From positions 1 through 50,977 of the forward strand of contig JABMRD010000009.1 of assembly GCA_013202875.1 (NCBI GenBank): a stretch of 50,977 nt of DNA. Reading direction: 5' to 3'. Within the stretch, counting starts at the first letter, position 1; each line of letters starts with the position of its first letter. The translations under genes and the position numbers were made by a program. The notes under the pieces are model-generated. The model saw nothing but the letters and a program-made list of their open reading frames with translations, was not told the DNA's origin and did not search any database. The stretch is from Actinomycetota bacterium. Its GTDB lineage: Bacteria; Actinomycetota; Humimicrobiia; Humimicrobiales; Humimicrobiaceae. Below are positions 29,312-37,405 of the stretch, piece by piece.

Positions 29312-29769
29312 TTTAATATTTCTTTAATATATTCAGCTTCTTTCTGCCATTTACTCAATTTTTTACTCGGCCCCAGTTTTTTTATCTCACTGGTTACTTT
29401 CTCAATAATATCTACAAAACGTCCTCCTTCTGCTGCTGAGACCCATGAAAACTGTACCCGGCCCGGTTCGATCCCTATATACTCCAAAAAACTTTTAAGA
29501 AGTGCAAATTTTCTCCTTGCAACCAGATTCCCGCTTATATAATGACAGTCTCCGGGATGACAGCCTGAGACCAAAACTCCGTCAATACCGTTCTGCAGCA
29601 CCTTGATAATATAGAAAGGGTTTACTCTGCCCGAACAGGGTACACGAATAACCCTGATATTAGGCGGGTATTGAAGCCGTGAGACCCCAGCAAGATCAGC
29701 CCCTGCATATGAACACCAATTACAGAGAAATGTAACTATTTTAGGTTCCCAGTTATTATCATTTTTCAT
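29308..29769 (-). CDS. MvhD/FlxD-type [2Fe-2S] subunit
   Basis: 153 aa. Motifs are FLCNWCSYAGADLAG and SGCHPGDCHY. It is a paralogue of the 140-aa mvhD. Confidence 0.9.
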   Translation of the reverse strand: MKNDNNWEPKIVTFLCNWCSYAGADLAGVSRLQYPPNIRVIRVPCSGRVNPFYIIKVLQNGIDGVLVSGCHPGDCHYISGNLVARRKFALLKSFLEYIGIEPGRVQFSWVSAAEGGRFVDIIEKVTSEIKKLGPSKKLSKWQKEAEYIKEILK

Positions 29770-29771
29770 TT

Positions 29772-32700
29772 TCAGACAACCTCCAGTGCTGCCAGGATCT
29801 GTTCATCTTTAAAACCCTTCAGGTCTATTGCATTTGCCCTGCAGGAAGAGACACAGGCACCGCAGCCTTTGCACAATGCTTCGTTTATTACAGCAACCTT
29901 TTCCACCTCGTCAAGATCTATAGCTTTATAAGGGCAGATCTCAACACAGAGTCCGCAGCCCGAACATCTCTCCTTTCGTATTTCGGAGACCTTACCCTCT
30001 GTCTGGAAAGAGTCTTTGGTAAGTATAGTCATTGCTCTTGCAGCTGCAGCCTTCGCCTGAGTAATCGCTTCCGAGACGTCTTTGGGGTAATGGGCCAGCC
30101 CGCATACGAAAATACCATCAGTGGCAAAATCCACAGGGCGCAGTTTAACATGTGCTTCCAGGAAGAAGCCGTCATCATTTAATGGTACCTTGAGCATCTG
30201 CGAAAGACTTTTGTTTTTCTTATCGGCGATGATACCCGAACTGAGCACCAATAGATCTATATCGATTAAAAGGTCGCGGTCTAAAATCAGGTCTTTTACT
30301 TTTATGTTTAACCTTCCTTTGCTATTTTTAGCCTCCGGTTTGGCTTCTTCTTCATAACGTATAAAAATTATTCCCATCTCCCGGGCTTTTTTATAATAAA
30401 GCTCTCTTACTCCGTAGCTCCTTATATCCCGGTAAAGAACATAGATATTTAACCTTGGATTTAACTCCTTTAGTTTTATCGCATTTTTTATGGCCTTTGA
30501 GCAGCATACCCGGCTGCAGTACGGCCTTTCTTCATCACGCGATCCCACACATTGGATCATGACCATATTTTTTAACGTCCGCGGGTCAGCATCCGGCAGC
30601 GGACCTGTACCTTTACCTTTGCTTTCCTTTTCCCATAACCATTCTTCCAGCTGTCTTTGAGTAACAACTCTGTCATCCTTTCCGTAAAGGTACTCTGTGG
30701 GTTCATATTCCTCGGCTCCTGTAGCTACAATTATCACCCCATGCTCAACCGTTGACTCCGACGGTTTCTTTCCGCCAGCAGCCAGTCTGGTCTTAAAGTT
30801 ACCCACATAACCGTTTATTTCCTTGATCTCTGTATTTGTATAGAGATCGATATTCTTATTGGACCTGATTTTATCTATAAGCGAGTTGAGAAAATCTTCG
30901 GTCTTTCCACCGTCTAGAGCATACCGGACATGGCGGAAATTTCCTCCCAGTTCTTCTTCTTTTTCCACCAGGTATACTCCAAATCCCTGTGCGGCCAGGT
31001 CAAGGCTGGCAGTCATTCCTGCTATCCCTCCTCCTATGACCAGAGCTTTTTTATTTATTGTAATAGTCGACTTTGAAAGAGGGCTGAACAGCTTTACCTT
31101 GGAAATTGCCATACGCAGAAGGTCGCAGGCCTTCTTTGTCGCCGAATCCTTTGCCTCCTGATGCACCCAGGAGCACTGTTCCCGGATATTTGCAAACTCA
31201 AAAAGATAAGGATTTAATCCTGAAGCCTGAAGGGTTTTTTGAAAAAGTGGTTCATGTGTCCTCGGCGTACAGGCAGCAACAACTACTCTGTTTAGATTTT
31301 TCTCTTTTATCATTTTAGTTATTACTTTCTGCGAATCCTGCGAGCAAGAGAACATAAACTCCTGGGAATGAACCACTCCTTTCAGGGTTGAGGAGTATTC
31401 GACAACGCGGGGTACATCGACAGTAGCGGCTATATTTATCCCGCACCTGCAGACAAAAACACCTATTCGCGGTGGCTGGCCCTCAATATTAATCTCTGCC
31501 GGCAGTTCTTCCTTTATTTCCTTAACAGGAAACTCCGTCAGCAGCGAGGAGGCACACGCTGCACTTCCGGAAGCTTCCATAACTGTCTCCGGTATATCTT
31601 TCGGTCCGGAAAAAGTCCCTGCTGTAAATATGCCTGCTCTTGAAGTAGAAATCGGCATAAATGTGGATGATTTTGAAAAACCGCATTCATTTAATTCAAT
31701 ATTCAGTTTCCCTGCTGTTTCTTTTATCCCTCCAGTAGACAGCAGGCCGACTGAAAGAACTACCAATCCGAATTTTTCTTTCTTTATAGTTCCATCATCA
31801 GTAGCATAACAAACAATCAGATCTTCGGTATCCATATTTACTTCTATTGAAGAAATACGGCTGTGGACAAAACGTGCTTTATAGTAATCCTTTGCTCTGT
31901 CCACGAACTTGTCAAAATCTTTACCATAAGCCCTCATATCCATATAAAATACGGAAGTCTCGACACCGGGAAGATGTTCCTGTATAAGTATTACGTCCTT
32001 TACCGCCTGCATACAGCATATGGCAGAACAGTATTCATTGCCCAGCTGCATATCCCTGGAACCGACACACTGAATGAAGGCAATACTTTTAGGCTCTTTT
32101 CCATCAGACGGTCTTAGAATATGTCCCTGAGTAGGTCCGGAAGCACTTAGGATCCTTTCAAACTCAATCGATGTCATTACATTTGGAAAAGTCTTGTAAC
32201 CATATTCATCCTTGAGGGTAGCATCGAACTCTTCCGAACCCAGAGCCAGTATCACGCTTCCTGCATTGACTTTGATAACTTCCTCTTTCTGACTGAAATC
32301 AATTGCCTTCATCTCACAGGATTCTTCACATTTCCTGCATTTACCTCTTTTGAGATAAGCACAATATTCTTTGTCTATTATCGGTATTGCAGGGACAGCC
32401 TGAGGAAATGGGATATGTATGCACTTTGTCTTGCTTAGACCTTTATTATATTCATCAGCTATTTTCACGGGGCACTTGGTAACACATATACCGCAGCCCG
32501 TACATTTTTCTTCGTTTATATAACGAGGCTTCTTGATTATCGTCGCCTCAAAATTAGGAGCCTGGCCTGTTATACTCTCAAGCTCGGCATTGGTAATAAT
32601 TTTAATATAGGGGTGGGATCCTGCTTCCACCAGTTTTGGAGAGAGAATACACATAGCACAATCGTTTGTAGGGAAAGTCTTATCCAGCTGTGTCATCCTG

Positions 32701-32816
32701 CCACCTATACTGGGACCTTTTTCTATCAGATATACTTCGATCTTCATCTCGGCCAGATCCAAGGCAGCCTGAATACCAGCTATACCGCCGCCTACGACAA
32801 GGACTCTTTTATGCAC
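29772..32816 (-). CDS. hdrA: Tandem (double-unit) HdrA-like flavo-iron-sulfur protein
   Basis: 1014 aa. Unit 1 has VVGGGIAGIQAALDLAE, QLDKTFPTNDCAMC, CTGCGICVTKCP and FIQCVGSRD..CSAICCMQ. Unit 2 has the HdrA N-domain IGVFVCRCGINIAA..CSWVH, then VIGGGIAGMTASLDLA, MIQCVGSRDE..CSRVCC and the C-terminal CSGCGLC..CKGCGAC. Confidence 0.9.
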   Translation of the reverse strand: MHKRVLVVGGGIAGIQAALDLAEMKIEVYLIEKGPSIGGRMTQLDKTFPTNDCAMCILSPKLVEAGSHPYIKIITNAELESITGQAPNFEATIIKKPRYINEEKCTGCGICVTKCPVKIADEYNKGLSKTKCIHIPFPQAVPAIPIIDKEYCAYLKRGKCRKCEESCEMKAIDFSQKEEVIKVNAGSVILALGSEEFDATLKDEYGYKTFPNVMTSIEFERILSASGPTQGHILRPSDGKEPKSIAFIQCVGSRDMQLGNEYCSAICCMQAVKDVILIQEHLPGVETSVFYMDMRAYGKDFDKFVDRAKDYYKARFVHSRISSIEVNMDTEDLIVCYATDDGTIKKEKFGLVVLSVGLLSTGGIKETAGKLNIELNECGFSKSSTFMPISTSRAGIFTAGTFSGPKDIPETVMEASGSAACASSLLTEFPVKEIKEELPAEINIEGQPPRIGVFVCRCGINIAATVDVPRVVEYSSTLKGVVHSQEFMFSCSQDSQKVITKMIKEKNLNRVVVAACTPRTHEPLFQKTLQASGLNPYLFEFANIREQCSWVHQEAKDSATKKACDLLRMAISKVKLFSPLSKSTITINKKALVIGGGIAGMTASLDLAAQGFGVYLVEKEEELGGNFRHVRYALDGGKTEDFLNSLIDKIRSNKNIDLYTNTEIKEINGYVGNFKTRLAAGGKKPSESTVEHGVIIVATGAEEYEPTEYLYGKDDRVVTQRQLEEWLWEKESKGKGTGPLPDADPRTLKNMVMIQCVGSRDEERPYCSRVCCSKAIKNAIKLKELNPRLNIYVLYRDIRSYGVRELYYKKAREMGIIFIRYEEEAKPEAKNSKGRLNIKVKDLILDRDLLIDIDLLVLSSGIIADKKNKSLSQMLKVPLNDDGFFLEAHVKLRPVDFATDGIFVCGLAHYPKDVSEAITQAKAAAARAMTILTKDSFQTEGKVSEIRKERCSGCGLCVEICPYKAIDLDEVEKVAVINEALCKGCGACVSSCRANAIDLKGFKDEQILAALEVV

Positions 32817-32874
32817 AATCTTATCATTTGATCTTATATCTTTATTAATTTCTTTCCCCTCTTTGCTTTATTTT

Positions 32875-33450
32875 TCATTTATCGGGATCTTTGCTTTTTT
32901 CGTTTGACTGCTGTTCCTGCTCATCGGTACTGGGAGAGGATTTTGGTTTACTTTTTGCTGAATCGGTAGATTTTATGGCTTTAAGCTTCTGGCCGATCTT
33001 TGATTTTATTTCCTCAGCTGTCTTCTCTTCCGGTTTGAAAGTATGTTTTATAAAGCTGCAGCGGATTTCCTGGATAAAGCGATCAATATCCTCTACCTGT
33101 TCCAGTGTCTTTGCCGGCATATAATTACCTTTAATAGCCAGATATCTTAAAACTCTCATAATATCGGTAAAATTCACCTTCTGAGGACACCGTGCATAAC
33201 AGCGATAACATTCCAGACAGAGCCATATTGCAGGAGAAGAAAGAACCTCCTCGCGCATACCCAGAAGTATCTGGCGCACTATTCTCCGGCAATTAAAGTC
33301 CTCATCGACTTCAGTAATGGGACAGCCGGCAACACAGGTTCCGCAGGTAAAGCATCTTTTTATATTCTCTCCACCTGGTTGAGAAGTAATCTCCTCACGG
33401 AAATTAAAATCCAATTCATTGACAACTATAGCTTCTTTCTCATCTCCCAT
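32875..33450 (-). CDS. HdrC-like 2x[4Fe-4S] protein with Lys/Ser/Glu-rich C-terminal tail
   Basis: 191 aa. Motifs are CFTCGTCVAGCP and CLECYRCYARCP. The last ~50 aa are low complexity (..KSTDSAKSKPKSSPSTDEQEQQSNEKSKDPDK). A GGGGAG Shine-Dalgarno lies upstream. Confidence 0.65.
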   Translation of the reverse strand: MGDEKEAIVVNELDFNFREEITSQPGGENIKRCFTCGTCVAGCPITEVDEDFNCRRIVRQILLGMREEVLSSPAIWLCLECYRCYARCPQKVNFTDIMRVLRYLAIKGNYMPAKTLEQVEDIDRFIQEIRCSFIKHTFKPEEKTAEEIKSKIGQKLKAIKSTDSAKSKPKSSPSTDEQEQQSNEKSKDPDK

Positions 33451-33541
33451 TTATTTAATCCTCCCCGTGATAGCTTTAACTCTGAAAATTATCATAATAT
33501 AAGAATGTTAAATTGCCTATTTTACTTAATTTAACAGCTAT

Positions 33542-33559
33542 TTGTGAAATTTCCCACAA
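33542..33559. promoter_or_regulatory. Candidate Rex-type (NADH/NAD+ sensing repressor) operator
   Basis: TTGTGAAATTTCCCACAA matches the remembered Rex consensus TTGTGAA-N4-TTCACAA at 12 of 14 half-site positions. It lies 12-29 nt downstream of the candidate -10 of the large minus-strand cluster. No rex gene is in the window. Confidence 0.35.
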
Positions 33560-33570
33560 TTGTTTATAAA

Positions 33571-33600
33571 ATACTACAATATACCTTTATTTCCTGTCAA
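33571..33600 (-). promoter_or_regulatory. Candidate sigma70-type promoter of the Hdr/Flx/Mvh cluster
   Basis: Read on the minus strand: a perfect TTGACA (33600-33595), an 18-nt spacer, then TAGTAT (33576-33571). It lies about 120 nt upstream of the ATG at 33450. Confidence 0.35.
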
Positions 33601-33935
33601 GGAGAAGAGAAAATTTTTATTTAGGAAAGCTTCTTAAAGGTAAGTTTATAAAGGAATTCTAAAAACTAGGAGAGGACAAGTAGTTAGCTATTAAAGAATT
33701 ATTTTTTTCTTCAAATATAGAGAAAAACTTATTATAATTAAAACGATTTCGTTAACATCTTTATATGAGACATCGATACCATTTGGATTACATTTTTAGT
33801 GAGGCAATCCGAATTCTTGATAAAGATGATAAGGTAAGTATCTTTTATTCAGTGAGACAAGGATTATGTAAGCATTTAAAAATAAATATAAATTAAAAAC
33901 TTTGATAGTTTTTCTCTAGATTGCGATAAAGGCCT

Positions 33936-35861
33936 ATGTCAAACATAAATATCTCTTTAAGGACAAAATTAATTGTAAGTTTTCTTGCTGTGGTAATTGT
34001 TACTGGTTTTGTTGCTACCTTGGTGGGGGTAAATCTAATAGTAGATGGAATTATAAGAGAGGAACAGGATAGGGTCAGAACCAATCTGAATTCGGCAAGA
34101 GAGATATATGAAGGAGAACTTAAGGAGATCAAAGACTTATCGAGACTGACTGCTGTAAGATTTTTCATAAAAGAAGCACTTTTGAAAAGTGATCTGGTGG
34201 GTATAGAAGAAGAGCTTGTGCGAATAAGAAAAGAGGAGCACTTAGATATACTCACCCTCACAGATAAGAATGGAAAGGTTCTTTTCAGGGCATGCAATCC
34301 TGACGTTTACGATGATAGTCAGGCAGAAGATGAGTTAGTAAATAGGGTACTGTTGGAGAAAGAGGTAGTTGCTTCAACTCAGATAATTTCAGGGAAAGAG
34401 CTGGAGAAAGAAGGAAAAGATTTAGCTGAACAAGCTTATATAGAATTTATACCAACTCCTATGGAGAAACCAGGGCCAGAAAAGGAAGAGACATCAGGAA
34501 TGGTGATGAAAGCGGTAGCCCCTGTCATGGGTTATGACAACGAACTATTAGGTATCATATATGCGGGGAGATTACTCAATAGAAATTATGAGATAGTTGA
34601 CAAAGTGAAGGATACGGTCTTTAAGGGAGTAAAGTATAAAGGAAAGGATATCGGGACAGTAACTATCTTCCAGGAAGATCTGCGCATTTCAACTAATGTC
34701 CAGAATCTGGATGGAAGCAGGGCTATAGGGACCCGAGTCTCTGAGGAGGTATACGATCAAGTATTAGTGAAGGGAATGCCCTGGATTGATAGGGCGTTTG
34801 TGGTAAATAATTGGTATATCACTGCATACGAGCCGATAGAGAATATAAAAGGCGAGATCATAGGCATTCTATATGTTGGTCTTCTCGAAGAAAAATTTAC
34901 TGATATGCGAAAGGAGACTCTGTGGATATTCCTGGGTATCACGCTTGCCGGAATGGCCCTGGCATTAATTATTTCTTATTTCTTAGCTTCTGGTATACTG
35001 AAACCTGTCAATCGGTTAGTCTATGCCTCAAAGCAACTGGCAAAGGGAGACTTGACACAAAGAGTTAAGCTCACCTCGAAGGATGAGATTGGTGAATTGG
35101 CAGAGGCGTTTAATTTCATGGCCTCTTCTATAAAAGAAAGAGATGACCAATTAAAAGCGCGTGCTCAACAAAAGATACAGGAATCAGAAAGATTAGCCTC
35201 CCTTGGACGGTTAGCAGCTGGCGTCGCTCACGAGATAAACAACCCCCTCGGAGCAATCTTGATCTACAGTAATCTCTTGCTGGAGGAGCCAGAACTACAC
35301 GATCCCGGAAGAGAAAATTTAAAAAAGGTTGTTAGGGAGACTATAAGATGCAAAGAGATTGTAAAGGGGCTACTGGACTTCGCCCGGAAAACTGAACCAA
35401 AGAAGGAGCTGATAAATATAAATAATATTTTAGAGAGAGTCTTATCCCTTGTTGAGAAACAAGCACTGTTTCAAAATATTAAAATAACCAAAAAACTTCA
35501 CCCCCATCTACCTATGGCAATGATAGACATAACCCAAATTCAACAGGTTTTTATGAATATCATCTTAAATGCAGCAGAAGCGATGGAGGGAAAAGGGAGT
35601 TTAACTATTAGAACCCAGCTTCTAAAGGATGGACAGTTTATAGAACTCGAATTTACTGATACAGGCTGTGGAATCCCCCAGGAAAATATGAAAAAGTTAT
35701 TTGAACCTTTCTTTACAACCAAGGAGAAAACTAAAGGAATAGGACTTGGGTTAGCTATTAGTTACGGGGTAATAAAGAACCACGGGGGAAATATCGAGGT
35801 TAAAAGTCAGGCTGGAAAAGGTACAACTTTTATTATAAAATTACCTGTAGAAAAAATGTGA
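33936..35861 (+). CDS. Sensor histidine kinase with extracytoplasmic Cache-like sensor, HAMP, HisKA and HATPase domains
   Basis: 641 aa. Two transmembrane segments flank a ~300-aa sensor region. The HAMP segment reads LAKGDLTQRV..EIGELAEAFNFM. The H box is AAGVAHEINNPL. The G boxes are DTGCGIP and GIGLGLAIS. Confidence 0.85.
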   Translation: MSNINISLRTKLIVSFLAVVIVTGFVATLVGVNLIVDGIIREEQDRVRTNLNSAREIYEGELKEIKDLSRLTAVRFFIKEALLKSDLVGIEEELVRIRKEEHLDILTLTDKNGKVLFRACNPDVYDDSQAEDELVNRVLLEKEVVASTQIISGKELEKEGKDLAEQAYIEFIPTPMEKPGPEKEETSGMVMKAVAPVMGYDNELLGIIYAGRLLNRNYEIVDKVKDTVFKGVKYKGKDIGTVTIFQEDLRISTNVQNLDGSRAIGTRVSEEVYDQVLVKGMPWIDRAFVVNNWYITAYEPIENIKGEIIGILYVGLLEEKFTDMRKETLWIFLGITLAGMALALIISYFLASGILKPVNRLVYASKQLAKGDLTQRVKLTSKDEIGELAEAFNFMASSIKERDDQLKARAQQKIQESERLASLGRLAAGVAHEINNPLGAILIYSNLLLEEPELHDPGRENLKKVVRETIRCKEIVKGLLDFARKTEPKKELININNILERVLSLVEKQALFQNIKITKKLHPHLPMAMIDITQIQQVFMNIILNAAEAMEGKGSLTIRTQLLKDGQFIELEFTDTGCGIPQENMKKLFEPFFTTKEKTKGIGLGLAISYGVIKNHGGNIEVKSQAGKGTTFIIKLPVEKM

Positions 35862-35889
35862 TTAACAAAAAAGAAAGAAGGCATGCACA

Positions 35890-36282
35890 ATGGATAAAAT
35901 GGCCAAGATTTTAATTATTGACGATGACCCCAATTTTGTAGAGGCAACGAAGGCGATTTTAGAAAGCAAATCCTATAAGGTAGTAGCTGCCTATGATAAA
36001 AATGAAGGGATGGGGAAAATCAATTTTGAAAAACCTGATTTGATCCTTCTTGATATCATGATGAAAAAGATGGACGATGGCTTTACTCTCTGTTATAAAC
36101 TTAAACACGATCCTGAATTGAAAAAAATCCCGGTATTGGCAATATCAGCCATTACTGAGGAGACAGGTTTTAAATTCTCTTCAGAGACCGATGGAGAATA
36201 TTTTGAGGCAGATGACTATGTGGAGAAACCCATCAAAGCAGATGATTTGCTGGAGCGGGTTGAGAAGCTTTTAAAAAAATAA
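35890..36282 (+). CDS. Single-domain response regulator (receiver only)
   Basis: 130 aa. It has ILIIDDD, LILLDIMM (phosphoacceptor Asp) and a conserved Lys region. There is no output domain. Confidence 0.85.
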   Translation: MDKMAKILIIDDDPNFVEATKAILESKSYKVVAAYDKNEGMGKINFEKPDLILLDIMMKKMDDGFTLCYKLKHDPELKKIPVLAISAITEETGFKFSSETDGEYFEADDYVEKPIKADDLLERVEKLLKK

Positions 36283-36300
36283 ATACTTTGAGAAATTAAG

Positions 36301-37401
36301 ATGGATAATATTTTAGTTATTGATGATGAAGAGGTTGTAAGGGACTCCTGTTCTCAGGTGCTGATTAAGGAGGGGTATCAGACAGAAACAGCTGGAGACG
36401 GTGAAACTGGATTACAGAAGATAAGAGAGGTAAAGCCTGATCTGGTTCTAGTTGACTTGAAGATGCCCGGTGTTTGTGGTATGGAAGTTCTTAAAAAAAT
36501 TAGGGATATTGATCCAGATATTATTGCCGTAGTTATCACCGGTTTTGCAACAATAGATTCTGCAGTGGAGTCAATGAAAGAGGGTGCTTATGATTTTCTT
36601 CCCAAGCCTTTTACTCCGGATGAACTGCGCCTTATTATTAAGAGAGGGTTAGAAAAGAGGAAATTGGCTCTTGAAGCAGCTACTCTTCGAGAAGAGAAAA
36701 AGAGGATGGAAGAGAATTTCATCACAATGGTATCCCACGAGTTGCGCACCCCGCTTGTAGATATTCAGCAGTATTTTGAGGTGATATTGGGCGGGATAGT
36801 AGGAGAGGTAGCAATAAAGCAAAAAGAAATGCTGGAGCGTGTAAGGGAAAGAATTGATGCTCTGCTAAAGCTTATCAAAGATTGGTTAGATATGACGCGA
36901 ATTAAAGCAGGTGAAGTTGTAAAAAAGTTTGAACCGTTGGATATATCTTTTATCCTGAAGAACGCAATTAGTTTTGCGCTTCCACAGGCAGAGATGAGGA
37001 AAATCACTTTGGAAATAGACGCCCCTTCTAGCCTTAAGAAAGTCAAAGGTGATAAGGAGAGCTTGAAAATGATATTTACTAACCTGATTTCTAATGGGAT
37101 AAAATTCAACCATGAAGGAGGCAGTGTTTTAATAAAGGCTAAGGAGCAAGATGACCATATAATTATAGAGGTTTCTGATACAGGCATAGGTATTATTAAA
37201 GAGGATCTTCCATTTATATTTGATGAATTTTTCAGAGTCAAAAGTGACAAGACTCGCCACATTTCCGGCACAGGTCTGGGCCTGTCTATTGTCAAGAAGA
37301 TAGCGGAGGCGCACTCTGGTTCCATAAAGGTTGAAAGTGAATTAGGAAAAGGCAGTACCTTTTTTGTTATTTTACCAAAATTTGAGAAGAGATCTAGTTA
37401 A
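36301..37401 (+). CDS. Soluble hybrid receiver + histidine kinase
   Basis: 366 aa. The receiver has VIDDEE and LVLVDLKMPG. The H box is VSHELRTPL. The ATPase motifs are DTGIGI and GTGLGLSIV. It has no transmembrane segment and no DNA-binding domain. Confidence 0.85.
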   Translation: MDNILVIDDEEVVRDSCSQVLIKEGYQTETAGDGETGLQKIREVKPDLVLVDLKMPGVCGMEVLKKIRDIDPDIIAVVITGFATIDSAVESMKEGAYDFLPKPFTPDELRLIIKRGLEKRKLALEAATLREEKKRMEENFITMVSHELRTPLVDIQQYFEVILGGIVGEVAIKQKEMLERVRERIDALLKLIKDWLDMTRIKAGEVVKKFEPLDISFILKNAISFALPQAEMRKITLEIDAPSSLKKVKGDKESLKMIFTNLISNGIKFNHEGGSVLIKAKEQDDHIIIEVSDTGIGIIKEDLPFIFDEFFRVKSDKTRHISGTGLGLSIVKKIAEAHSGSIKVESELGKGSTFFVILPKFEKRSS

Positions 37402-37405
37402 GACC

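Noticed and set aside
13905-32816. Possible selenocysteine (in-frame TGA) recoding in the MvhA, MvhD or HdrA homologues, as occurs in some organisms.
   Set aside because: All of these ORFs are uninterrupted, and Cys codons occupy the relevant motif positions (DPCLSCATH, CNWCSYAG and others). There is no split-ORF pattern.
33506-33536. TGTTAA and TTAACA half-sites resembling the Clostridial-type Rex motif (TTGTTAA-N4-TTAACAA).
   Set aside because: The half-sites are 19 nt apart rather than 4, so this is not a canonical Rex operator. It is reported only as a generic inverted repeat.
33765-33896. A 43-aa ORF (MRHRYHLDYIFSEAIRILDKDDKVSIFYSVRQGLCKHLKININ) in the long intergenic region.
   Set aside because: I see no convincing Shine-Dalgarno and no recognisable motif. 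An ORF this short is expected by chance in AT-rich DNA. It is kept only as a note.
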